Origin: Acidobacteriota bacterium
Lineage (GTDB): Bacteria; Acidobacteriota; Thermoanaerobaculia; Gp7-AA8
Reading direction: 5' to 3'
Length of the DNA: 64,000 bases
NCBI GenBank assembly: GCA_019244185.1
Contig: JAFATB010000006.1
Coordinates: 256,001 to 320,000, forward strand
Part shown: one piece after another, positions 1 to 8,200 of the stretch
How the letters are laid out: each line of letters starts with the position of its first letter
Numbering within the stretch: the first letter of the stretch is position 1
The notes under the pieces: model-generated
What the model saw: only the letters and a program-made list of their open reading frames with translations
What the model was told of the DNA's origin: nothing
Databases searched by the model: none
Made by a program: the position numbers and the translations under genes

Positions 1-359
1 GCGAGGAGCTCGCGCAACGCCTGTTCGTTCGTGAAGAAGCCCGACGCGCCCGGCGACTGAAAGTTCGCGAGCGTTCCGTCCGGCAGCTGCGACACGGTCA
101 CGCGCACGCCGGTGACGTTGCGAAACGACTCGAGCGCCGCCGGCAGCGGACCGGCCGGAATGTGGAACCGCCGCACCGTCAGCTGCGACTCCGTCTGCGC
201 CGACCCGCCGCGCGCCGGCGTCTTCGGCGTCACCGCCGCTGACTCCGCGCCGAACGCGCTGTAGGCCGCGAGCGTGCCGACCGCGGTCCAGTACGCCGCG
301 CGCCGCGACGCGCGTTTGCGAAGACGAGCCGCCGCGCGGCGAAACGAACGGAGTCTCAC
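1..359 (-). CDS. TonB-dependent (siderophore-type) receptor, N-terminal part with STN domain; runs off the window start
   Basis: Hand translation from GTG at 359 (GGAG SD upstream) gives an Arg-rich leader, a hydrophobic stretch, then RRFHIPAGPLPAALESFRNVTGVRV...SPGASGFFTNEQALRELL. This matches the STN pattern fdIpagpL..AL..f...tG...spgvsG.yt.e.AL..LL. Confidence 0.75.
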   Translation of the reverse strand, partial: MRLRSFRRAAARLRKRASRRAAYWTAVGTLAAYSAFGAESAAVTPKTPARGGSAQTESQLTVRRFHIPAGPLPAALESFRNVTGVRVTVSQLPDGTLANFQSPGASGFFTNEQALRELL

Positions 360-403
360 GCGATGTCTCCGCGCGAATCCGCGCCGCTCATGCCGCTGAT
401 GAG

Positions 404-420
404 TTGAGACTGAGTCTCAA
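404..420. promoter_or_regulatory. Perfect palindromic operator (Fur-like 8-1-8) upstream of the TonB receptor
   Basis: TTGAGACT-G-AGTCTCAA lies 45 bp upstream of the receptor start and resembles TGAnAAT-n-ATTnTCA iron boxes. Confidence 0.65.
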
Positions 421-507
421 TATCGAACATGGCCGCAGATTCTGCCGATGGGAGGAGAGGAAGTCAAGGGAGGGCGCGCCGGCCGCTACGGGCGGCGCGG
501 GCAGAGA

Positions 508-882
508 CTACGTCTGACGGCGCGGCTGCGATGCGGCCGCGACAACGCTGCTCGTGATCGCCCCGATGCCGATCATGACGAGCACGGGCCAAACGTTCGC
601 CCAGAGCGGAAGCTGCAGGTCATGGGGGTTCACGACTACGCTCAGATAGACGTACGTCATCAGCGACGCCAGCATGAACGACCCGAAGGTCGCATTGAAG
701 CGCTGTCCGAACGAGAACGCGCGCGTGGCGCGGAAGTACCCGAGGAGCGCGACGAGCATTGCCGCGTACGGGACGAAAATCATCGGCCCGCGCGTGGTGA
801 GACGCGTCGTTTCGATGATGAGCGCACCGCCAATGAAGCCGATCACGATCGCAACCCAAGCCAAACGCGCCGTTCGTCCCAT
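508..882 (-). CDS. Small multi-pass (about 4 TM) membrane protein, possible bacteriocin immunity protein
   Basis: ATG at 882 follows AGGAGAGG. The 124 aa contain four hydrophobic segments, and the gene starts 8 nt after the stop of the Cys-rich ORF. Confidence 0.7.
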   Translation of the reverse strand: MGRTARLAWVAIVIGFIGGALIIETTRLTTRGPMIFVPYAAMLVALLGYFRATRAFSFGQRFNATFGSFMLASLMTYVYLSVVVNPHDLQLPLWANVWPVLVMIGIGAITSSVVAAASQPRRQT

Positions 883-890
883 CGCCTCTC

Positions 891-1265
891 CTATTGATTG
901 GGCGTCTCGCAGTACTCCATACAGCGCTCTCGCCACCATGTGCCGCAACCATCGACGGGATAACAGGGACCGCCGGTGCAGACCGTTCCCCACCAGCACC
1001 AATCCGACTGGCGTGCACAGGTGCAATCCTGCGTCTCGAGGACAATGACCGTATTCCCTTCGGATTGCACGATGCGCGGCAGGCGCTGTGCAGCAGGCAG
1101 CACCGAGTCGAGCGCGCGTTCGTCCGCAGGACCAAGCGTCGCGAAAATCAGTGTCGCGAGCTCGCGCGGAAACAGGTTGCGGATCGATTGGTCGAGCCGC
1201 GCGAGCGGGTCGGAGACATCCTCAGCCATCGGATCGCGTTGTTCGTCGTACGCAGCGGGGACCAT
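891..1265 (-). CDS. Fulvocin C-related Cys-rich bacteriocin-like protein (N-terminus possibly truncated or frameshifted)
   Basis: The C-terminus CTCARQSDWC-WWGTVC-TGGPC-YPVDGCGTWWRERC-MEYC has 8 Cys and resembles the CxCxxxSDY/WC...GCG pattern of fulvocin C. It is preceded by LF...IFATLGP. No signal peptide is in frame. Confidence 0.65.
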   Translation of the reverse strand: MVPAAYDEQRDPMAEDVSDPLARLDQSIRNLFPRELATLIFATLGPADERALDSVLPAAQRLPRIVQSEGNTVIVLETQDCTCARQSDWCWWGTVCTGGPCYPVDGCGTWWRERCMEYCETPNQ

Positions 1266-1414
1266 CAGTGCAATTGCCTGAACTGCGAGATCACGTGACG
1301 CTCGGCCATCACGTGGTTACGCGCGGTCTGCATCACCCACGCATCAGCGCCCCGCAGGCGCGAGCAGCGCCCGCCTAGCGCGAGCGTACCAACCATCTCT
1401 TGCATCTTTGCGGG

Positions 1415-1445
1415 ATTATGAAAGCAGCTTACGTAGGTGTGTCAA
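1415..1445 (-). promoter_or_regulatory. Putative sigma70 promoter for the bacteriocin-like locus
   Basis: Minus strand reads TTGACA-N19-CATAAT in a locally AT-rich stretch; the spacer is slightly long. Confidence 0.4.
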
Positions 1446-1527
1446 CACTGAAAGCCATATTGACGCCTAAGCGTTCCTTTACGCTCCCCTCCATGGCCCG
1501 TTTCGTGTAATCCGCGTCTCCCGCGGG

Positions 1528-3150
1528 ATGGAGGAGCGCAGCAGCACGCACGAGAGTCGCTTTCGCAAGTGGGGCACCCTCATCGTGCTCTCGCTGGCCC
1601 TGGCGATCATCCTCATCGACTCCACCCTCCTCAACGTCGCACTGTCCACCCTCATCCTCGACCTCCACACCACGCTGCAGAAGCTGCAGTGGGTGATCTC
1701 GGCGTACTCGCTGATCATGGCGGCGCTGACGGTGACGGGCGGGCGGATGGGGGATCTCTTCGGGCGCAAGCGGATGTTCATCGCCGGCGCGATCACGTTC
1801 GTGGCCGGCGCAATCGTGGCATCGATGGCGAACTCGTTCGGCGTGTTGCTCCTTGGCGAATCGATCATCGAGGGGCTCGGCGCGGCGCTGATGATGCCGG
1901 CCACGGCGTCGCTGCTCGTCGCGAAGTACCGCGGGCACGACCGCGCGATCGCGTTCGGGATCTGGGGCGCGGTCGCCGCCGCCGCGGCCGCGATCGGACC
2001 GATCCTCGGCGGCTTTCTCACGACGCACTACAGCTGGCGCTGGGGCTTCCGCATCAACATCTTCGTGGTCGCGCTGCTGCTCCTCGGCTCACCTCTCGTC
2101 GAAGACGACCGCGAGCCCGAGCGCAAGCAGATCGACTGGCTCGGCGTCGTGCTTTCCGCGACGGGACTCTTCTTCGTCGTCTTCGGCATCATCGAGTCGG
2201 AGAGCTACGGCTGGCTCCGCGCGCGCAAGCCGTTTCCGCTCTGGCAGCCGGGCTCCGTATCGATTGCGATCCTCTCCGTCGTCATCGGCGTGATCCTCGT
2301 CGCATCGTTCGTCGCGTGGGAACGGCGCTTCGAAGCGCGCGGCGGACTGCCGATCGTCTCGATGCAGCTCTTCAGGAACCGCCAGTTCGTCGCCGGCGCA
2401 GGCGTGACGGGCGTGATGATGCTCGGACAGAACGGCGTCATCTTCTGCCTGCCGGTTTTTCTGCAATCGGTCCGGCGTCTCGACGCGCTGCACACAGGCC
2501 TCATGCTCCTGCCGCTGTCGATCATGATCCTCTTCGTCTCGCCGACCGCGGCGAGTCTCACCAAACGCATTCCGCACAAGCGGCTCGTACAGGCGGGGCT
2601 GATCTGCAACACGGTCGCGATCCTGCTCCTGCGCGCGGCGGTCGGCATCGACACGAAGCTGATGTGGCTCGTGCCGGCGCTCGCGCTGTACGGCATCGGG
2701 ATGGGACTCGTGCTCTCGCAGATCAACAACCTCACGCTCTCCGCGGTGCCGGTGCGCAACGCGGGCGAGGCATCCGGCGTGACGAATACCTTCCGCCAGA
2801 TCGGCATCGCCCTCGGCACGGCCATCATCGGCGCGGTGCTGATCTCGTCGATCGTGTCGCGGATGGAGACGGCGGTGCGGGAGAACGCGTCCATTCCGCC
2901 GCAGGCGAAGAGCGGCGTCGCGAAGATGCTCGTCGCGAACTCCGCGGAGCTCGTGTTCGGCGACCGCGGCACGTTCGACGCGCTGCCGCCGCACGTGCGC
3001 GAAGAGATGACGGCGCTGCGGCGCGCGGCGACGACCGCCGGCATCGACCGTGCGTTTCTGTGGTGCGCGTTCTTCGCGGTCGCGGCCCTCGGCGTGTCGC
3101 TGTTCCTGCCGCTGCGCCCCGCGGAATCCGCGCACGGACGGGAGCCGTAA
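1528..3150 (+). CDS. MFS drug:H+ antiporter, DHA2 (EmrB/QacA) family
   Basis: Motifs D1 (IDSTLLNVAL), A (GRMGDLFGRKR), C (GPILGG) and WRWGFRIN; about 14 TM. Confidence 0.9.
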   Translation: MEERSSTHESRFRKWGTLIVLSLALAIILIDSTLLNVALSTLILDLHTTLQKLQWVISAYSLIMAALTVTGGRMGDLFGRKRMFIAGAITFVAGAIVASMANSFGVLLLGESIIEGLGAALMMPATASLLVAKYRGHDRAIAFGIWGAVAAAAAAIGPILGGFLTTHYSWRWGFRINIFVVALLLLGSPLVEDDREPERKQIDWLGVVLSATGLFFVVFGIIESESYGWLRARKPFPLWQPGSVSIAILSVVIGVILVASFVAWERRFEARGGLPIVSMQLFRNRQFVAGAGVTGVMMLGQNGVIFCLPVFLQSVRRLDALHTGLMLLPLSIMILFVSPTAASLTKRIPHKRLVQAGLICNTVAILLLRAAVGIDTKLMWLVPALALYGIGMGLVLSQINNLTLSAVPVRNAGEASGVTNTFRQIGIALGTAIIGAVLISSIVSRMETAVRENASIPPQAKSGVAKMLVANSAELVFGDRGTFDALPPHVREEMTALRRAATTAGIDRAFLWCAFFAVAALGVSLFLPLRPAESAHGREP

Positions 3151-3177
3151 CGCCCGTCCGCACGCGGTTCGAAGCGA

Positions 3178-3500
3178 TCAACGCGGACGTTCTTCTTCGC
3201 GCGCGTCTTCGTGCTTCGGCTCGTGCTTCTTGAGCGCCTGCTTCGCGAGCGCGGCGTCGGGAACGACTGAGCCGATCGCGGTCTGCACCTTGTACTTGAG
3301 CGGCACGACCACCTTCGCGTCGCCGTTCATCAGCGCCGCGTAGCCGGCCTGCGCGACGTCGGCGGGATCGGCGAGCTTCTCGTCGAGCATCTTGCTGTCC
3401 TGCGCGTGCGCGCGGTCGAAGAAGTTCGTGTCGGTCGGACCGGGCAGCAGCGCCGTGACGGTGACGCCCGTGTCTTCGAGCTCGGCGCGCATCGCGAGCT
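3178..3500 (-). pseudogene. C-terminal fragment of a short-chain dehydrogenase/reductase
   Basis: RAELEDTGVTVTALLPGPTDTNFF...DPADVAQAGYAALMNG is a typical SDR C-terminal half. The Rossmann GxxxGxG and YxxxK motifs are missing, and the upstream DNA codes for an unrelated gene on the other strand. Confidence 0.75.
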
Positions 3501-4248
3501 CCTCGGCCAGGGCTGGAACGACGTGCCGAAGTCAGGCGGCGGTCTGTACCGCGCCGACGATCACTACGACCGGCGCGACATCCACGAGGATCGCGACTCG
3601 GTCAACGTGCACGCGGATCTCATCATCGAAGAGATTCTCCACACGGTGAAGGATGCCGGCTGGCTGAAAAACGACGCCACGCCGCCGCTGGCGTGGGCGC
3701 GAACGGCGTTCAAGAAGTCGCGCGTCGCGAACCTGCTCGAGTTCGGACGCACGGTGCACGCGGAGATGGAGGCGATCCTCGCCGCCGCGCGCACCGGCGT
3801 CAGCGTGCGCGGCGCGACGCTGTACACGACGACGTTTCCGTGTCACGGCTGCGCGCGACACATCGTCACGGCCGGCATCGCGCGCGTGGTCTACATCGAG
3901 CCATATCCGAAGAGCCGCGCCGTGGAACTGCACCGCGACGCGATCGTGACGCACGACGACGTCACGACGCCCGAATGCGGCAAGCGCGGATGCACGGACG
4001 TGCATGCGGTGCGCTTCGAGCCGTTCACCGGCATCGCGCCGCATCGTTTCGTCGACCTGTTTTCGCTCACGACGAACGCCGGCATTCCGCGCGACCGCAA
4101 GACGCGCCACTCCGGCGAGCGCATCCCGTGGGACGTACAGAACGCGATGCCGAGCGTGCAGATGCTGCCGCTCAGCTACCTCGAGCTCGAAGCCAAAGCA
4201 CTCTACGAATTGAAGAAAGTCATCGAGGACGAGGAAGACCAGCCATAA
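3496..4248 (+). pseudogene. 5'-truncated anti-phage dCTP deaminase (AvcD-like); deaminase domain only
   Basis: Contains GWNDVPKSGGGLY, LEFGRTVHAEMEA, TTFPCHGCARHIV and YIEPYPKSRA..LH.DAI, so the Zn-binding HAE and PCxxC motifs are intact. The N-terminal P-loop kinase-like domain and a credible start codon are absent. Confidence 0.75.
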
Positions 4249-4255
4249 TGACCGC

Positions 4256-4417
4256 ATGGCTGATGACACGCAGCAGACGCCGGATCACCGCACAACGATT
4301 TGGGCAGTTCTGGACGAAGTGCAACAGACCGTCGAAGGGTGGCCGGCGTGGCGGCAGCGGTATCGCGTCGACTTGTATCGCGAGGTGCTCGGTGACGACG
4401 CGCCTCACGGCTCGTAG
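4256..4417 (+). CDS. Unannotated 53-aa small protein downstream of the dCTP deaminase
   Basis: Hand translation gives MADDTQQTPDHRTTIWAVLDEVQQTVEGWPAWRQRYRVDLYREVLGDDAPHGS*. The ATG is 7 nt after the deaminase stop and the composition looks natural. Confidence 0.5.
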   Translation: MADDTQQTPDHRTTIWAVLDEVQQTVEGWPAWRQRYRVDLYREVLGDDAPHGS

Positions 4418-5064
4418 CGCCGCGTCGGAATCCCTTCGCTGCGGCTGATGCTCATCGCCGCCATCTTCTGAATCATGTGCCGCGCGTGCTGGTCGCCTTG
4501 TGCGAAGGCATCGCGCAGCGTCTGCACGCTGGCGGGCGTTTCGCCGACGGAGATCGTGAAGCCGTTGAGTGGCTGGCGCGGATCCTTGGTCTCGATCGTC
4601 TGCCACTGGCCGCCGATGAATTCATGGCGCACGAGCGCGTCGGCCTTGCCGGTCTGAAACGACTGCGCGGCGACGGCGGGGAGTCCCCGCGCGTTGGCTT
4701 TCCGTTCGTCGAGGGCGCGCAGCACGTGGCGCTCGATGAGCTCGCGGATGACCTCGCGCGACTCGCCGTGAAAACGGACGACGTGCAGTCCGGACTGATG
4801 AATGGTTTTATCGAACTGCGACTTGGCGGGGGTATGGACCTCCGTCCAGCGCACGGTGCATTCGAGCTCGACGCCCTGGCCGTGCCATTCGAAGGAGACC
4901 GCGCAGCTGCCGCCCTTGCGCGGCAGCTCGGCCTGATGCAGGACGTGCAGGCCGTTCAGCGACACGTTCGACAGCACGATGCGCGTGTCGCCCGCGCGGC
5001 CGCGGATCGGATCGATGATCGTGACGCGCTGGTACTTCCGGCGCTCGCGGTGGTGATGCCCCAT
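4405..5064 (-). CDS. PilZ domain protein (c-di-GMP binding) with a C-terminal extension
   Basis: ERRKYQR (RxxxR) and NVSLNG (D/NxSxxG) motifs; ATG at 5064. Confidence 0.75.
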   Translation of the reverse strand: MGHHHRERRKYQRVTIIDPIRGRAGDTRIVLSNVSLNGLHVLHQAELPRKGGSCAVSFEWHGQGVELECTVRWTEVHTPAKSQFDKTIHQSGLHVVRFHGESREVIRELIERHVLRALDERKANARGLPAVAAQSFQTGKADALVRHEFIGGQWQTIETKDPRQPLNGFTISVGETPASVQTLRDAFAQGDQHARHMIQKMAAMSISRSEGIPTRRYEP

Positions 5065-5096
5065 GACCCGCGACGAATCGTAACGCCAAACGCGGC

Positions 5097-6443
5097 TCAA
5101 TCGGTGAAGAACGCCGCGAGCGTACCGGCCAGAGCGATTCCGGCCGCGGTGTAGAGGCTGACCGCGGCGCCGTGCGGCACGGCGTCCGCGCCGCCGCGCG
5201 CGAGCACGGTGGTGAAGACGGCGCCGGCGATGCCGATGCCGAGGACCATGCCGACGTTGCGCGCGGTCGCGAGCACGCCGGACGCGATGCCCTGCCGGTG
5301 CGCGGGCGCGGCGCCCATCAGCGCGCTGTTGTTCGGACTGGTGAAGAGACCGACGCCGAGGCCGACGACGGCGAGTCCCGCGGCGACGAGGCCGCGCGAG
5401 GCGTGCGCGGTGAACGTCGCCAGCAGCACCAGGCCGACGGCGAGCACGAACATGCCGGTCGTGGTGAGCACGCGCGAGCCGATGCGATCGGAGAGCGCGC
5501 CCGCGAACGGCGCGACGATCGCCATCACGATCGGCTGCGCGGTGAGGACGAGCCCGGCCTGCTGCGCGTCGAGTCCACGTCCCTGAATCAAAAGGAACGG
5601 GATGATGAACAGCACGCTGTAGACGCAGATGTAGTTGCAAAGCGCGGTGATGGTCGCGCCGCTGAAGACGCGCGCGCGAAACAGCGACAGATCGAGCATC
5701 GGATCGGCGCGCCGGCGTTCCCACCGCACGAACGCAGCGAGCAACACGACGGCCGACACGAAGAGCAGCACGATCTTCAGCGACAGCCAGCCCCACGCGT
5801 GCCCCTGGTTCAGCGCGACGAGGAGCAGCACGAGTCCCGACGTGAAGAGCGCGGCGCCGCCGAAGTCGAAGGTCTCGCCGGTGCGCTCGGGACGATCGTT
5901 CTCGATGAAGTGCAGCGAGAGCGCGATCGCGAGGAGGCCGACCGGCACGTTGATGAAGAAGACCGCGCGCCAACTGAACGCGTGCGCGAGCCAGCCGCCG
6001 AACGACGGACCGGTCGTGAGGCCGAGGTACGTGAACATCGCCTGCGCGCCGAGAGCGCGGCCGCGCTGCTCGCGCGGGAAGGCTTTCGTCAGAATGGCGG
6101 GACCGTTCGCGAGCATCGCCGCACCTAGCGCCTGCAACGCGCGCATGCCGATCAGCACGCGCGCGGTCGACGCGAAACCGCAGAGCGCCGAGCCGAGGAC
6201 GAACAGCACGAAGCCGCCGACGTAGACGCGCTTGTGCCCGCGCAGATCGCCCGCGCGTCCGACGATGAGCAGCAGCGCGCTGATGACGAGCAGGTAGATC
6301 GTCGCCACCCACTCGATGCCGGCGACGCTCGCGTGCAACTCCTCGCGCAGCACCGGCAGGACGGTGTTGACGACGCTGCCGTCGAGCGCGGACATGAACG
6401 TGCCGACGCCGACGGAGGTGAGCACCCACCACTTCTTATCCAT
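5097..6443 (-). CDS. MFS transporter, DHA2 family
   Basis: MSALDGSVVNTVLP, GRAGDLRGHKR, GPSFGG and WRAVFFINVPVG; ATG at 6443 overlaps the JmjC stop. Confidence 0.9.
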   Translation of the reverse strand: MDKKWWVLTSVGVGTFMSALDGSVVNTVLPVLREELHASVAGIEWVATIYLLVISALLLIVGRAGDLRGHKRVYVGGFVLFVLGSALCGFASTARVLIGMRALQALGAAMLANGPAILTKAFPREQRGRALGAQAMFTYLGLTTGPSFGGWLAHAFSWRAVFFINVPVGLLAIALSLHFIENDRPERTGETFDFGGAALFTSGLVLLLVALNQGHAWGWLSLKIVLLFVSAVVLLAAFVRWERRRADPMLDLSLFRARVFSGATITALCNYICVYSVLFIIPFLLIQGRGLDAQQAGLVLTAQPIVMAIVAPFAGALSDRIGSRVLTTTGMFVLAVGLVLLATFTAHASRGLVAAGLAVVGLGVGLFTSPNNSALMGAAPAHRQGIASGVLATARNVGMVLGIGIAGAVFTTVLARGGADAVPHGAAVSLYTAAGIALAGTLAAFFTD

Positions 6444-7122
6444 GTTTTTGCACGGGCGCACGCGCCGCCGCCGGCGACAGGATTCCGATCGAGATCGACA
6501 TCGCGTCTTCGTGCGCGCGCGCGACGTGCCACCAGCCGCGCGGCACGTAGAGCCAGTCGCCGGCGATGAGCGTGCTGGCGACGGCCGGCGAAGTCTCGCG
6601 CTCGAAGTGCATGTCGCGCGGCATCGCGTCGAGCGTCGGTGCGGGATTCACGGTGTTCGCGCGCAGAAAGTACTCCTTCGTGCCCATCGCCTGCGCGATG
6701 AAGACGTCTTCACAGTCGTAGTGCCAGCCGAAGCTGTGAAAGCCCTTCGGCGTGAGGTAGAGCTGGATGGACACGTCGCCGTCGAGTTGCGGCGCGAACG
6801 TGCGCGCGAGCTCCGCGAGCGACGCGTCGTAGCGCTCCGTGCGGCGCAGCACGAGCGAGTAGCCGCGGTCGAAGAGCGCGCGCAGTTCCGCGAACGTCTG
6901 CGGCGCGGGATCGAGCAGCCGTCCGTTGCGGACGACGAGCATGTCGGGCTTCACGCGCTGCGCGAGCATCCGCTCGACGACGTTCCAGTCGAGCAGCGGC
7001 ATCGCGGATTTCGCCGCGGACGGCCGCGCGAGCGGCGCCTTCTGAAAGTGCCGCGCGAGAAACGCGTCGACGCTCTCGTCGTCGAGCCATTCCGCCAGCG
7101 TGGGAGATGCGCTACTCTGCAC
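6436..7122 (-). CDS. JmjC/cupin-4 2-oxoglutarate-Fe(II) oxygenase
   Basis: YLTP...FGWHYDCEDVFIAQAMGTKEY (HxD plus K) and GDWLYVPRGWWH (distal His). The start is uncertain (GTG 7122 or 7158). Confidence 0.8.
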   Translation of the reverse strand: MQSSASPTLAEWLDDESVDAFLARHFQKAPLARPSAAKSAMPLLDWNVVERMLAQRVKPDMLVVRNGRLLDPAPQTFAELRALFDRGYSLVLRRTERYDASLAELARTFAPQLDGDVSIQLYLTPKGFHSFGWHYDCEDVFIAQAMGTKEYFLRANTVNPAPTLDAMPRDMHFERETSPAVASTLIAGDWLYVPRGWWHVARAHEDAMSISIGILSPAAARAPVQKHG

Positions 7123-7126
7123 GGCG

Positions 7127-8200
7127 ATGGGTTCGCTCCACTCGGTGATCGCAGGCACCGGGAGCTACATCCCGCCCCGGCGCGTGACGAACGATGATTT
7201 TCTGGATCGCGATTTTCGCGCTCCGGACGGGTCGAAGCTTGCGAAATCTACACCGGAGATCCTCGCGCAGTTCGAGTCGATCACCGGCATCCGCGAGCGC
7301 CGCTACGCGACCGAGACGATGGTCGCCACCGATCTCGCCTATGAAGCGGCAAAGGCGGCGCTCGACTCGTCGGGCATCGATCCCGAGACGCTCGACCTCA
7401 TCATCGTCGCGCACAACTTCGGCGACGTCCGCGGCGGCGGCCGCTCGGACATGGTCCCCGCGCTCGCCGCGCGTGTGAAAGCAAAGCTGCGCATCCGCGC
7501 GCCGCAGGCCGTCGCGTTCGATCTGATCATGGGCTGCCCCGGCTGGCTTCAAGGGATGATCGTGGCCGACTCGTTCATCCGCAGCGGCAACGCACGCCGC
7601 GCGCTCGTCATCGGCGCGGACACGCTCTCGCGCATCTCCGATCCACACGACCGCGACAGCCTGATCTACGCCGACGGCGCCGGCGCCACGATTCTCGAAG
7701 CCGTCGATTCTCCCTCCCCCATCGGCGTCCTCGGCCACGCCGCGCGCTCCGACACGCTCGACCACTCGACCATGCTCTTCATGGGACCGTCGTACAACGA
7801 GGAAGTCTTTCTCGAGGCGCTGTTCCTCAAGATGGAAGGGCGCAAGCTGTACAAGTACGCGCTGCAGACCGTCGCCGGCGCGATGAAGCAATGTCTCGAT
7901 GACGCCGGCGTGCCGATCGCGTCGCTGCGCAAGATCCTCCTCCACCAGGCGAACGGCAAGATGGACGAAGCGATCCTCGGCGCGTTCTACGAGCTCTACG
8001 ACGCGCCGCCGCCCGCCGACATCCTGCCGATGACGATCGCGTGGCTCGGCAACAGCTCCGTCGCGACGGTGCCGACGCTCTACGATCTCATCGCGAAGAA
8101 CGAGCTGCCGCCGCATGCGTTCGCGTCCGGCGACGTGCTGCTGTTCGCGTCCGTCGGCGCGGGGATGCACATCAACGCGATGGCGTATCGCGTGCCCTAG
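7127..8200 (+). CDS. fabH: 3-oxoacyl-ACP synthase III (FabH family)
   Basis: GTGSYIP, TGIRERRYA, catalytic Cys (MGCPGW), His (HQAN), Asn (GNSS), DGAGA and SVGAG. Confidence 0.88.
   Translation: MGSLHSVIAGTGSYIPPRRVTNDDFLDRDFRAPDGSKLAKSTPEILAQFESITGIRERRYATETMVATDLAYEAAKAALDSSGIDPETLDLIIVAHNFGDVRGGGRSDMVPALAARVKAKLRIRAPQAVAFDLIMGCPGWLQGMIVADSFIRSGNARRALVIGADTLSRISDPHDRDSLIYADGAGATILEAVDSPSPIGVLGHAARSDTLDHSTMLFMGPSYNEEVFLEALFLKMEGRKLYKYALQTVAGAMKQCLDDAGVPIASLRKILLHQANGKMDEAILGAFYELYDAPPPADILPMTIAWLGNSSVATVPTLYDLIAKNELPPHAFASGDVLLFASVGAGMHINAMAYRVP

Noticed and set aside
1460-1485. TTGACG...TACGCT as a promoter for the DHA2 transporter
   Set aside because: The spacer is only 14 nt.
3406-3495. 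N-terminus of the 280-aa deaminase ORF
   Set aside because: It is the antisense of the SDR fragment and carries no deaminase or kinase motifs.
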